The notes under the pieces: generated by a model
Database searches by the model: none
Told to the model about the DNA's origin: nothing
The model's input: only the letters and a program-made list of their open reading frames with translations
Made by a program: the position numbers and the translations under genes
Part shown: positions 49,629 through 58,794 of the stretch, in pieces
Position numbering within the stretch: the first letter of the stretch is position 1
How the letters are laid out: every line of letters begins with the position of its first letter
Assembly: GCA_050287085.1 (NCBI GenBank)
Contig: JBNKBE010000018.1
Span: 1-64,000, forward strand
Length of the DNA: 64,000 bases
Origin: Polyangiaceae bacterium
GTDB lineage: Bacteria; Myxococcota_A; Polyangia; Polyangiales; Polyangiaceae
Direction of reading: 5' to 3'

Positions 49629-51149
49629 TCAGAACCGCGCGTGCTCCCGCACCGAGGCCCAAAACAAGGAAGTGACCCCAAAAGCCATCAAACTCACAAG
49701 GAAGACCGTAAGTATTCCCCAATGCGGCTTCGGCAAAGTTGCCTCATCAGCTCGAGAAGGCTTCGCGATTACCGCCAAATAACGATGCTGGCGTCCGGCG
49801 TCCGCTCGAGCGAGTTCGAGCGAAGTCAGCGCTGACCGGTAGGCTCCTTGTGCAAACTCCTTCTCCAAGATCGCTCCCTCGAAGGAAGCGATTGACGTAT
49901 TCAAGCCGTCGTCGTCGCGCTTACCCACCAAGCGCTGACTCTCGCTGCGAATTTGCGATTGCAGGGCATTCACCTCTTGCTGCAGCGCAATAACCTTGGA
50001 CGCCTGGGGCGACATATACGCCCGAGCCTGTGTCAATTCGGTGCGAGCCTTGGCCAATGCCGCCTGAAGCTGCCCGCGCACCGTCAACGTCTCGGAGGCC
50101 GTTTCCGCCGGATTAAACTCAGCGTGCTCAGCCTGAAGCTCCAACACGCTCTTTCGCGCGGCAGAAAGTCGAGCCTCCGCGACCTGAAGCTCCGCCTTGG
50201 CGAAAGCAATCTGATCCTGACGAGCTCGCTGTGAGAGATCGTTCACCTTCTTCTCGCTGTAGCCAATGATGGCCTGAGCAAACTCAGTGGCGTCGTCAGC
50301 GGAATAGCCTTGTACAGTCAGCTGCAGGACGTCCGACGTCGAATGATGCTCAACAGTTACGCGGCTGAGAAAGTACTGGTAGGCGTCTTCGAAAGACGCG
50401 TCATCGTCAAGGCGTGACAGGGAATCAAAACGTTCACCCTGAAACCGCGCACTGAAGTCGTGTTCCTCGACTAGGCGCTGCAACATGTCGCGCGACAGAA
50501 TGAAGTCGCGGACGGCGAGGGCATCCTTGGTTCCGGGAGAACTCGGCAGAACGCCTAGGAAGGCGTCCAGGCCCACGCCCCTATTGGCCTCCGCGGACTG
50601 GATGGTAAACAGCGACGTCGACTCGTAAACGTGGGATGCGAGGCCAAGATAGTAGACCGTCGAGATGAGCGTCGGCAGCAGCACGAAGGCAGCCAGCTTC
50701 GCCGCCAGACGGAAAGCACGCTGGCGTCGCAGGCGACGTACGGCATCGGCCGCGCGCGTCGCCTGCGCCTCGGCAGAGGAAGGTTCCGGCACCGGCGGGA
50801 CAACAGGAGCTTTGGCTCTTGCGGAGATCTCCGTCTCCTTGGGGCTCTCGGGCGCCGGCCTCTTGGCTTCGGCAGGGGTCTTCTCCCGAATGGCGGGCTG
50901 CGCGGCGGATTCTCCCCCACCAAGAGCGACGAGCTTCTTGTCGTTCGTTGGGCTCGGCGACCCCGTCTTGCCTTGAGGCTCCGACTTCTTCGCCTTGGAC
51001 TTGTCGCCAGTCACCGACTTCGCTTTGGGTGCACGCGCCGCATCGGACGCTACCCCCCCGGGCGAGAGCTCCGACTGCACATCCGCCGTCTCTTGTTCGA
51101 GCACCCCTGACGCGGCGTCGGCATTCCCTACTTTTGCAGGCTCAGACAT
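49629..51149 (-). CDS. kpsE: Capsule export inner-membrane copolymerase KpsE (PCP-3) with a long N-terminal extension
   Basis: TM FVLLPTLISTVYY, YESTSLFTI, DFILSRDML, coiled-coil region, RYLAVIAKP, second TM, SVREHA. Confidence 0.88.
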   Translation of the reverse strand: MSEPAKVGNADAASGVLEQETADVQSELSPGGVASDAARAPKAKSVTGDKSKAKKSEPQGKTGSPSPTNDKKLVALGGGESAAQPAIREKTPAEAKRPAPESPKETEISARAKAPVVPPVPEPSSAEAQATRAADAVRRLRRQRAFRLAAKLAAFVLLPTLISTVYYLGLASHVYESTSLFTIQSAEANRGVGLDAFLGVLPSSPGTKDALAVRDFILSRDMLQRLVEEHDFSARFQGERFDSLSRLDDDASFEDAYQYFLSRVTVEHHSTSDVLQLTVQGYSADDATEFAQAIIGYSEKKVNDLSQRARQDQIAFAKAELQVAEARLSAARKSVLELQAEHAEFNPAETASETLTVRGQLQAALAKARTELTQARAYMSPQASKVIALQQEVNALQSQIRSESQRLVGKRDDDGLNTSIASFEGAILEKEFAQGAYRSALTSLELARADAGRQHRYLAVIAKPSRADEATLPKPHWGILTVFLVSLMAFGVTSLFWASVREHARF

Positions 51150-51795
51150 CGAGCTCCTCATAGGCTGCCTGGGCCTCATCGATCGAGTTGTAGAGGGTCA
51201 GGGAACCGGCATTCAATATAGCGCAAGTGCTGCAGTATTCGCGAATGGTCGACATATTGTGGGACACCATGATTACTGCGGAACGTTCGCGCCGAGCGGC
51301 AAAGGCTTCCTTGCAGCGTTCCTGAAATCGCCTATCACCCACGGCGGTGACTTCGTCCACGAGGTAGAAGTCGAAGTCAACAGCCATGCTCAGGCCAAAG
51401 GCAACACGCGCCTTCATTCCGGAAGAATAGCTCTTCACCGGCTCAAAAAAGTAGTCGCCGATATCAGCGAATTCCCGTGTGAAGCCTACGACCGAGTCAA
51501 CGTCGGTGCCGTAGACGCGGGCTACAAAGCGACAGTTCTCCTCAGCCGTAAGTGAGCCGTTGAAGCCACCGGCGAAACCGATGGGCCACGAGAGACGAGA
51601 ATGACGCACAATCTCTCCGCCGTTGGGCATTTCAACGCCCGCCAGCAAGCGGAGCAAGGTCGACTTCCCGGCTCCGTTGCGTCCGAGGATGCCGACGCTG
51701 GTGAGCGGCGGAAACGTAAATGATACCCCGTTAAGGACGTAGTTTGGACCGCGGTGAGTGCGGTAGAACTTCGATACGGAGCGCAGCTCTATCAC
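51142..51795 (-). CDS. kpsT: Capsule ABC transporter ATP-binding protein
   Basis: GRNGAGKST, SWPIGFAGGF, PVKSYSSGMKARVAFG, YLVDEVTAVGD, VSH. Confidence 0.93.
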   Translation of the reverse strand: MIELRSVSKFYRTHRGPNYVLNGVSFTFPPLTSVGILGRNGAGKSTLLRLLAGVEMPNGGEIVRHSRLSWPIGFAGGFNGSLTAEENCRFVARVYGTDVDSVVGFTREFADIGDYFFEPVKSYSSGMKARVAFGLSMAVDFDFYLVDEVTAVGDRRFQERCKEAFAARRERSAVIMVSHNMSTIREYCSTCAILNAGSLTLYNSIDEAQAAYEELDV

Positions 51796-52589
51796 GAGGA
51801 CCCCAGGTGATTTCGGGCAACGCGCTCCATGGCCAAACCGACCAAGATGAGTGCGGCGGCAACACTTGCTGGAAACACGAAGCTTGCGTCGCGAGCGGTA
51901 TATTCGGGGTACCAGCCGTCGCGCATCCATTCGGTACAGTGCAGCAAGGGGTTGTAGAGCAACAGCCCTTTCACGTTGGAAGGAAGCTCATTGGCCGTGA
52001 AGAAAATGCCGGAGATCCACATCAGAGGTCGCAGCACGAACCCTGCTAGCTTCTCAACGATGGGAGCCAGCGTTGCCCCGGCGCACAATACGAGGCCAAG
52101 CCCGGAGCCAAGGGCCGAGGCGAGCCCCAAGCCGCAGAGGATGTACAGCATGTTGTCGAGGGAAAGGTGCTGATTCCAGATCGATATCCCCCCGAGCAAC
52201 ACCACCGCGACGCCGAAGTAGGTGGCGACCTCGAGCAACGTCCGGGCGATAATCAAATCCAAAGTAAAAACCTGTGGATAGAACAAGAGCGCCCGATTGC
52301 CGGACACCGCAGCAGCGGTTCGGCTCGTCACCGCACGAAAGAAGAGGTAGGGCAAAAACCCAGTCGCATAATACGACAGCGTATCGGTTCCTAACGCCAC
52401 CCGACGGCCTACTATCGCCGAAGCCCCAGCGAATGTCCCGATCATCATGACCGGCTCTAGCAGCGCCCACAGGTAGCCAAGCTGCTTCGAACCGAATCGG
52501 GTGCGCGTTTCCCGCAATATGACGGCGTGGACAACCTGCCACTGAACTAACGCACCGTGAAGCCCCTCGCGCAGCCAAGCCGGGGTCAC
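51792..52589 (-). CDS. kpsM: Capsule ABC transporter permease
   Basis: RETRTRFGSKQLGYLWALLEP, ISGIFF, YNPLLH; GTGA overlaps at both ends. Confidence 0.92.
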   Translation of the reverse strand: MTPAWLREGLHGALVQWQVVHAVILRETRTRFGSKQLGYLWALLEPVMMIGTFAGASAIVGRRVALGTDTLSYYATGFLPYLFFRAVTSRTAAAVSGNRALLFYPQVFTLDLIIARTLLEVATYFGVAVVLLGGISIWNQHLSLDNMLYILCGLGLASALGSGLGLVLCAGATLAPIVEKLAGFVLRPLMWISGIFFTANELPSNVKGLLLYNPLLHCTEWMRDGWYPEYTARDASFVFPASVAAALILVGLAMERVARNHLGSS

Positions 52590-53011
52590 GGAGGCCCCGA
52601 GGCAGGCGAGCCAGACACGGCGCTCGGGGCCAGAGTCGAGTTGGCGCCGAGCTGGCCCGTTTGCTGGATGTTCGGAACGAAGAACCATTCCTCACCCTCC
52701 GAACAGGCCAAGCGCGCTTCGCCACCGGTCGGCCCGGTCAGATGCAGGTACCGACAGCTCCGGCCGCTAGCGCTTTGATAGGCCTTTGCGGCCTGTATTT
52801 GTCGCTGTCCAATCTGGGTCAGCTGCCCAACGGGAAGGTCACCCGCTCGCTGCAACACGAGGGCGTCCTCACCGTTGGATGCCGCGATGCGACTAGGTGC
52901 AATCAGTGCCGGTTCCACCGCAGCGCCGCGACCACACGCGACGCCAAACAACCCAAGAGCCAAGAGCGCCCAGCTCGCGCGCCTTGTACCCCACAGAGAG
53001 ACGACCGACAC
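52586..53011 (-). CDS. Small lipoprotein, DVU3141-like
   Basis: Lipobox GVAC; YQSASGRSCRY...RLAC...W motif; lies between kpsF and kpsM with tight spacing. Confidence 0.7.
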   Translation of the reverse strand: MSVVSLWGTRRASWALLALGLFGVACGRGAAVEPALIAPSRIAASNGEDALVLQRAGDLPVGQLTQIGQRQIQAAKAYQSASGRSCRYLHLTGPTGGEARLACSEGEEWFFVPNIQQTGQLGANSTLAPSAVSGSPASGPP

Positions 53012-53015
53012 GCCC

Positions 53016-54197
53016 TTAGCGATTGTTGAATATCTCAACAATTCCGCAAATTTTGCCACTTGCATCAAGAACGACCAGTGCACTGAGCTTCAGCCGTAGC
53101 ATACGCTCCTCAGCTTCTGCCAACATTGCGTCGTCCTGAATCGTAACGGGACGCCGGCTCATGATGCATTTGACCGGACGCTGCAACAGGTCCGGATACT
53201 TCTGCATACCACGCCGCAAGTCGCCATCGGTCACGATCCCGAGCAGCTGTCCCACATCGTCCCGCACGATCAGCAGGCCTCTTTGGCCCTGGGTCATGAC
53301 TAGAAGCGCTTCTCCCAGGCCGCACTCGGGGCCAACAACGGGCAGCGGCTCGCGATGCATCGCGTCTCGAACTCGAGTCAGCAAGCGCCGACCGAGCGAG
53401 CCGCCCGGATGAAAACGAGCAAAGTCCCGGGGCTTGAAGTCCCGAGCGCGCATCAAAGCCACCGCCAAAGCATCCCCCATCGCCAGCGTCGCCAGTGTGG
53501 AATTGGTGGGTGCCAGGTTGTGGGGACAGGCTTCGCGCTCGACCGACACGTCCAAGGTCACGCTGGAAACCCGACCGAGCGACGAGCTCTCGTGGCCCAT
53601 CAGCCCGACTATTGGCACGTCGAGCTGCCGGAGGTGGGGGGCTAGCCGCGTCACTTCGTCCGTCTCTCCGCTGTAGGAGATCAACATGGCAACATCGCCA
53701 GGCGTGACCATACCCAAGTCCCCGTGAAGCGCATCCGCTGGGTGAATGAAGAAAGCTGGCGTGCCCGTGGACGCGAGCGTCGCGGCGATCTTCTGGGCGA
53801 TGAGCCCTGACTTACCCATCCCCGAGACCACAACGTGCCCCCGGCACGAAAGCATGAGTTCAACAGCCTCCGTGAAGTTGCCGTTGATGCGATCAGCCAG
53901 TGCGCTCACGGCGCGCGCTTGAGAAAGGACAACCTCTTTGGCGTCTGCAACGAGTTTTGCGGGGCTATGTCCCAAACGTTCCAACTCCTGATAACGACGC
54001 CGCGACGGCGGATTACTGGTGGGCAGCTCAATAGGGGGAGCGATCCGATGTTGCCCCGACTCACCCTCATCGCGGCGAACCGGGCGTATGTCAGAGGCTA
54101 CGCCAGCCCTGGCGGAAACAGCCTCACCTGAGTAGGGGTCCTCAGAGAGGGACTCTCGCCCCAGCGAATTCACGTCGCAGTTTTGATAGTTAAGCAT
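53016..54197 (-). CDS. kpsF: Arabinose-5-phosphate isomerase (KpsF/GutQ family, SIS + CBS)
   Basis: GMGKSG, ASTGTPAFF, HGDLG, SYSGET, APTNST, GDALA, HPGGSLG, CBS pair (GIVTDGDLRR); GGGAG SD. Confidence 0.93.
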   Translation of the reverse strand: MLNYQNCDVNSLGRESLSEDPYSGEAVSARAGVASDIRPVRRDEGESGQHRIAPPIELPTSNPPSRRRYQELERLGHSPAKLVADAKEVVLSQARAVSALADRINGNFTEAVELMLSCRGHVVVSGMGKSGLIAQKIAATLASTGTPAFFIHPADALHGDLGMVTPGDVAMLISYSGETDEVTRLAPHLRQLDVPIVGLMGHESSSLGRVSSVTLDVSVEREACPHNLAPTNSTLATLAMGDALAVALMRARDFKPRDFARFHPGGSLGRRLLTRVRDAMHREPLPVVGPECGLGEALLVMTQGQRGLLIVRDDVGQLLGIVTDGDLRRGMQKYPDLLQRPVKCIMSRRPVTIQDDAMLAEAEERMLRLKLSALVVLDASGKICGIVEIFNNR

Positions 54198-54585
54198 AAG
54201 TTTCTCCCAAGTTGGACCCCTGGAGAAGGGACCCGATAAGCGGCTATTCGCCGAAAAGAAGGACCTGTTTGACCGGCCCGCATCTCTTTGGTTGGCTTTC
54301 GACCAACCGCTGAGTTGGCCCTTTGACCCAGAGCCCTGCAACCCAACTCGCGCTGGCGCCCTATCAATTGCGGGTGCCACCGTTGTGCCGCTTGGCTCCG
54401 CAGCCCTGAGCGGCTGTGTCGTACTGATCGGCTCTGCAACCGCTCAGCAAAACCCGAAGAAGATGTAATGCGAAAGGGGACAGCCCCAAGATAGGATGGT
54501 GGGTAAGAACCCGCCGCTGACGAAACGCACCGAAGTTCATGCCCCGGTAGTGCAATGTCACAAGTACGCGCCGAGTAGGTGTCGG

Positions 54586-54613
54586 ATCTTAACTTTGAGC
54601 AAGCTCTTGTCAA
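54586..54613 (-). promoter_or_regulatory. Putative sigma70-type promoter of the kps operon
   Basis: Minus strand TTGACA (54613-54608), 16-nt spacer, TAAGAT (54591-54586), in a locally AT-richer stretch. Confidence 0.6.
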
Positions 54614-54992
54614 CTTCACGCACTGTGTCACCACGGTAATTCCGACGTCGATAGAACCGGCGCGGCGGCACGGGGCAACCTGGGGGTCAGTCTGATAGAA
54701 GTCGGACATCGGAGTCATACTCGGTGCAGGAGTTTGCGGGCCCAGGCTAACAGCCGCTCCCTTCGCGCCGCTGTCGCGCTCCATCCCCTGGCATCACCAA
54801 GGCTGCTAAGCACACTCAGTGCCAGCAGCGTGATCAGCGACCACCAGCTCATCGGTCGAAAAAAAGCGCGCTTCTGGCTCCGACGTGACTGGAAGATGAG
54901 CTTCGTCGGCCGGCCCAACAAGCGAACGACTGTGACACCTTGATCATACTCGGGAAGACCACGCGCCTCTGCCGCGAGTCCCCCTCCACACG

Positions 54993-55157
54993 ACGTCAGG
55001 CGTCTGACATTTGAGCTCGTCGGGCGTCAGACACCTGACGTGGCTTAACTAGCTCTACGCGTCTTCGAGGCGAACTTCGGCGCTGTCTTGCCTTCATTGA
55101 ATGGACACTTCCTACCCGCAACGACATAGAGTGAGGTTGCTCAGACGCATCTGAGCA
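54993..55157. promoter_or_regulatory. Cluster of palindromes: candidate operator sites or RNA hairpins
   Basis: 16-bp inverted repeat 54993-55008 / 55026-55041 (one mismatch), each arm containing GTCAG-N4-CTGAC; TGCTCAGA-CGCA-TCTGAGCA at 55138-55157. Confidence 0.5.
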
Positions 55158-55221
55158 CGTTCACCATTTTCCCAGCCCTCGTGGGTCGCGCTCACGGGAG
55201 GAAAGAAGGCGCATTACCCCA

Positions 55222-56202
55222 GTGAAGATACTGTTCATCGGCGGCACCGGCATCATCAGCTCGGCCTGCTCGCGAGAAGCGATCGAGCGCGGCCACGACG
55301 TCTACCTACTATGTCGAGGGACGTCACCGCGCCCTGCGCCGGAGGGTGCAACGCTGCTGCGCGCGGATATCCGTGACGTCCAGAGCGCAAAGCGCGCCCT
55401 TGGCACTCTGACTTTCGACTGCGTCGCGCAGTTCATGGCATTCGAGCCAAGTCACGTGCGCGCTGACATCCAGCTATTTGCGAATCGCACGGCTCAATAC
55501 ATCTTCGTCAGCTCCGCCTCGGCATATAAGAAGCCCGTTGATCATTGGCCCATCACCGAGAGCACGCCTCTGAACAATCCCTTCTGGTCGTACTCCCAGA
55601 ACAAGATTGCATGCGAGATGGAGCTGATGGCTCAGTATAGGCGCGACGGGTTTCCGGTAACTCTGGTCCGACCGTCTCATACCTACGACAAGACGCTTCT
55701 CCCTTTCGATCCGTACCAAGCGGGCTACACCGTTCTTCATCGTATGCAACAAGGCAAGCCGGTCGTCGTTCACGGCGATGGGACCAGTCTTTGGGTGTTA
55801 ACCCACAATGAAGACTTTGCGCGTGGATTCATGGGGCTCGTGGGGAACCCCAAGGCCAAAGGGGAAGCGTTCCACATCACGAGCGACGAAGTGCTAACCT
55901 GGAATCAGATCTACCAGTATATCGCTGCCGCGGCCGGCGTGGAGGCAAAACTGGTTCACGTACCTTCGGAAGTCATCGCGCGACATCATCCCGAGTGGGG
56001 AGCCGCCTTGTTGGGAGACAAGGCGCACAGTGTGTTCTTCGACAATACGAAACTCAAACGCCTCGTACCGGACTACGTTGCCAGCATCCCTTTCATTCGT
56101 GGGGCAGAGCAGATCGTGGACTTCTACCAGACACACCCGTCGTTCGAACCCCTGCGCGAGGACGTAGATCGACTTATGGATCAGCTGACCCGGACAAAAT
56201 GA
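55222..56202 (+). CDS. NAD-dependent epimerase/dehydratase (atypical SDR)
   Basis: KILFIGGTGIIS, YIFVSSASAY, YSQNK, VRPSHTY, HGDGTSLW. Confidence 0.9.
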   Translation: MKILFIGGTGIISSACSREAIERGHDVYLLCRGTSPRPAPEGATLLRADIRDVQSAKRALGTLTFDCVAQFMAFEPSHVRADIQLFANRTAQYIFVSSASAYKKPVDHWPITESTPLNNPFWSYSQNKIACEMELMAQYRRDGFPVTLVRPSHTYDKTLLPFDPYQAGYTVLHRMQQGKPVVVHGDGTSLWVLTHNEDFARGFMGLVGNPKAKGEAFHITSDEVLTWNQIYQYIAAAAGVEAKLVHVPSEVIARHHPEWGAALLGDKAHSVFFDNTKLKRLVPDYVASIPFIRGAEQIVDFYQTHPSFEPLREDVDRLMDQLTRTK

Positions 56203-56252
56203 AAACGGGCACCGCTCGCCAGAGCATTGCCCGTCTTCAATCACGTTGAGGT

Positions 56253-56750
56253 CTACTCTTCGTCGTCGTCGTCGCCCTCTTCTTCGTCTTCCTTCTCACT
56301 CCCCCACGCCTTGAGCACGGCCATATCTTGCTCGGAGAGCTTGGCCTCCATGTGCATCGGGTAGGTGTAGAACCACGGCGGCATCTCGCCCCCTTCAATC
56401 TGTTCCCAGGCCGTCTCGCGATTGAACTGCCGGTCGTCTTCATCTTCCGGCCATTCCGAGAAGTTGAAGGCCTTGCGCCCCTCAACGATGTCGCGCACCA
56501 CCAGCCAGGACATCGGCGCGACCTGCGAGTACCACGGAAAACGGATCTCGTCGGAGTGGCAATCAAAACACGCGCGCCGGAGTATCGCCGTTACGTCAGC
56601 TGGCTCGTCCCAGGTGACTTTGGCAGTGGGAATATCGAGCTTCCCCAGCGGGACGAACTGCAGCCCTACAAACACCACTGCAAAACCCGCTCCCACCTTG
56701 ATAGCTAAGTTCTTCCATTTGGCGGCCCCTGCAGTCTGCGCTTGGTTCAT
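56253..56750 (-). CDS. Monoheme cytochrome c (Haem-binding domain protein)
   Basis: AAGGAG SD, N-terminal anchor, ILRRACFDCHS (CxxCH), PWYSQVAP, NFSEW, MPP..Y..MH; acidic tail. Confidence 0.88.
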   Translation of the reverse strand: MNQAQTAGAAKWKNLAIKVGAGFAVVFVGLQFVPLGKLDIPTAKVTWDEPADVTAILRRACFDCHSDEIRFPWYSQVAPMSWLVVRDIVEGRKAFNFSEWPEDEDDRQFNRETAWEQIEGGEMPPWFYTYPMHMEAKLSEQDMAVLKAWGSEKEDEEEGDDDDEE

Positions 56751-57062
56751 CAGCTCTCTCCTTCTTGTAGCCTCTAGGCGTTCCGATAGGTCTTCTAGCG
56801 GCAGGGCTGCCGTTGGTGCAAGTGTGCGGAATCCTGCGCTGACTTCGGGCATGGCCCCATGCCCGGATCCGCCGGCATGGCGCGCATAGCGCTCCCGAGA
56901 GCGCATACTTTGCCGTCGCTTACGCGCCCAGCTCCCCAAGGGTTTCTGAGTTGGAGCGAAATTTCCGAAGGGGTGCGCTCGCAAGGCCCAGTGTGTGCTC
57001 CGGAAGAGGGCGCCCGACAGAAGCCTACATGTCACACCGTCAAAGTCCGCTAGCTTATCGGC

Positions 57063-58145
57063 ATGACGTGGTTCTCGACCCTTCGCATCGGTCTACTAGC
57101 CGGCAGTTTGCTGGGGCCGCCAGGGCTTGTCTTGGCCCAGGAAACCCACCGACTGCCCATGCCGAGCGGTACGCTCCCCTCCGATGAGGTGACGCTTGAG
57201 CTACCCGAGCCAGAGGGGGCTCGCCTGCATGCGGTCGTCCTAGCCGCTGATGATGCCCATCCGCGAGGACAGCTCTTGCTCGGGACCCAGCGTTCGAGCA
57301 GTGCTCCGCTGGTGTGGCATAGCCGCCACCAAGAACAGGAAGTGCAGACGCTCGAACTGTGCAGACAGGGTGATAGGCTCCAACTGCTCGGACGCACTGC
57401 CGATGGCCACGTTTTCGCGCGTGACTTCGTGCGAGAACGCTGGCTACCCGCCGAACCCCACATGTCCTGTCCGAAGCCAGCAAACCCACGCCCCTCAGCC
57501 GCCCGGCTAGGCGCCGCACAACGAAACCACTTCGCTCGCTGCAGGCGTCCACTGGCAGCCCTGGGACAGACGCTGCACGTTGCGGGCACGCTGGTCGATG
57601 GACGTATGGATACCCTGGTCGTAAGAGGCGAGAGACCAGATCCCGCGTTAACCCAAGAACTCAGAGGATACTCCGACTGCGCCAAGAATGCGTCGCGAAT
57701 GAGCCCCCAGCGCGGTCCATCCGGCGCATTCTTCGACGCGCTGCCTCCGCTTGTTCATGCGCCGCGACAAGTAAGGCTAGCGCTGGGGCAACACGGCAGC
57801 ACTCGCGTCGAGCTTCGTATTCCCGGCGCCGCAACCCAAGACGTCAAGCTGAGTGCCGAGACCTCCGTCCCCGGCGTGCTGGCAAGTGTTTCGGGGCGCG
57901 GGCCGACGCGTTATCTCCTCGTCAGTGCCCCTGCAAGCGGCGCAGATTTCGAAGGCACCATCATGCTTCATACCAATCTTCCGGCGGCGCCACTCGTTCC
58001 GATCCGAGTGATTGGCCAAACGTCGAAGGATTGGTTGGATACCTGGGGGAGAACTCCACTTGCGCCCCGAACCACAGCCGCATTCCGCCGGCCAACTCAA
58101 TCGCCGCACAGGACGGCAGCGCTCGACTCGCCGCCTCTCCGCTAA
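57063..58145 (+). CDS. Hypothetical secreted protein with a C-terminal Ig-like segment
   Basis: Signal peptide (…GLVLA-QE); GTIMLHTNLPAAPLVPIRVIG resembles the Ig-like ends of DUF1573-type proteins. Confidence 0.55.
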   Translation: MTWFSTLRIGLLAGSLLGPPGLVLAQETHRLPMPSGTLPSDEVTLELPEPEGARLHAVVLAADDAHPRGQLLLGTQRSSSAPLVWHSRHQEQEVQTLELCRQGDRLQLLGRTADGHVFARDFVRERWLPAEPHMSCPKPANPRPSAARLGAAQRNHFARCRRPLAALGQTLHVAGTLVDGRMDTLVVRGERPDPALTQELRGYSDCAKNASRMSPQRGPSGAFFDALPPLVHAPRQVRLALGQHGSTRVELRIPGAATQDVKLSAETSVPGVLASVSGRGPTRYLLVSAPASGADFEGTIMLHTNLPAAPLVPIRVIGQTSKDWLDTWGRTPLAPRTTAAFRRPTQSPHRTAALDSPPLR

Positions 58146-58200
58146 GGGCACGCGATTCTCCCAATAGCCAACTCCCAATAGACAAGAAGAGTGCCGTAAC

Positions 58201-58794
58201 CTACTGGGCCACAATCGCCGCTTCCACCTCGGCACACAGCGCGTGGACGAGCATCAGGTGCCCTTCCTGAACGCGAGCTGGATCGCTGCTTGGGATGCAG
58301 AGCACCCGATCGCTGAGCTCTGCCATCGGCCCTGGCGTAGCGCCCAGAAAGCTCACTATCGTCAGGTCTCGCGTACGCGCCGCCTGACACGCAGAATGCA
58401 GGTTCGGCGATCGCCCCGAGGTACTGAACGCAACCAGGATATCCCCCGGCTGACCGAGAGCCTCAACCTGACGGGAGAAAACCGAATCGTAGCCGTAGTC
58501 GTTGGCTAACGCCGTAAGCACCGCACCATCCGCGCTCAGTGCCAGCGCTGGCAGCGCCGGACGCGGGACGGAACCGAAGCGTCCGACCCATTCCGCAGCA
58601 AGATGCTGAGCCTGAGATGCGCTTCCACCATTGCCAACGATCAATAGCTTGCGACCGGCCACAACGGCATCGCGCCAGCGCATTGCGACCCACGCGAAGT
58701 CCTCGGCAAAGCTTGTGTCGGCGGCCAAACGGGCCGTCATTTCCCGCCACGACTCGAGCGCTCGGTGCAAGGCTTGTTCCTCCGCGATAGGCAC
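58201..58794 (-). CDS. gmhA: Phosphoheptose (sedoheptulose-7-P) isomerase, SIS domain
   Basis: GNGGSASQAQHLAAE, TALANDYGY, FSRQVEALG, STSGRSPN, RVQEGH. Confidence 0.9.
   Translation of the reverse strand: MPIAEEQALHRALESWREMTARLAADTSFAEDFAWVAMRWRDAVVAGRKLLIVGNGGSASQAQHLAAEWVGRFGSVPRPALPALALSADGAVLTALANDYGYDSVFSRQVEALGQPGDILVAFSTSGRSPNLHSACQAARTRDLTIVSFLGATPGPMAELSDRVLCIPSSDPARVQEGHLMLVHALCAEVEAAIVAQ

Noticed and set aside
54198..54620. JUMPstart/ops element upstream of kps
   Set aside because: No GGCGGTAG or JUMPstart consensus found on the coding strand
54715..54921. 68-aa minus-strand ORF with a hydrophobic stretch
   Set aside because: No clear SD and no recognisable family; cannot be supported, though a small membrane peptide is not excluded
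54993..55200. Hairpin cluster as a retron msr/msd
   Set aside because: No reverse transcriptase gene in the window
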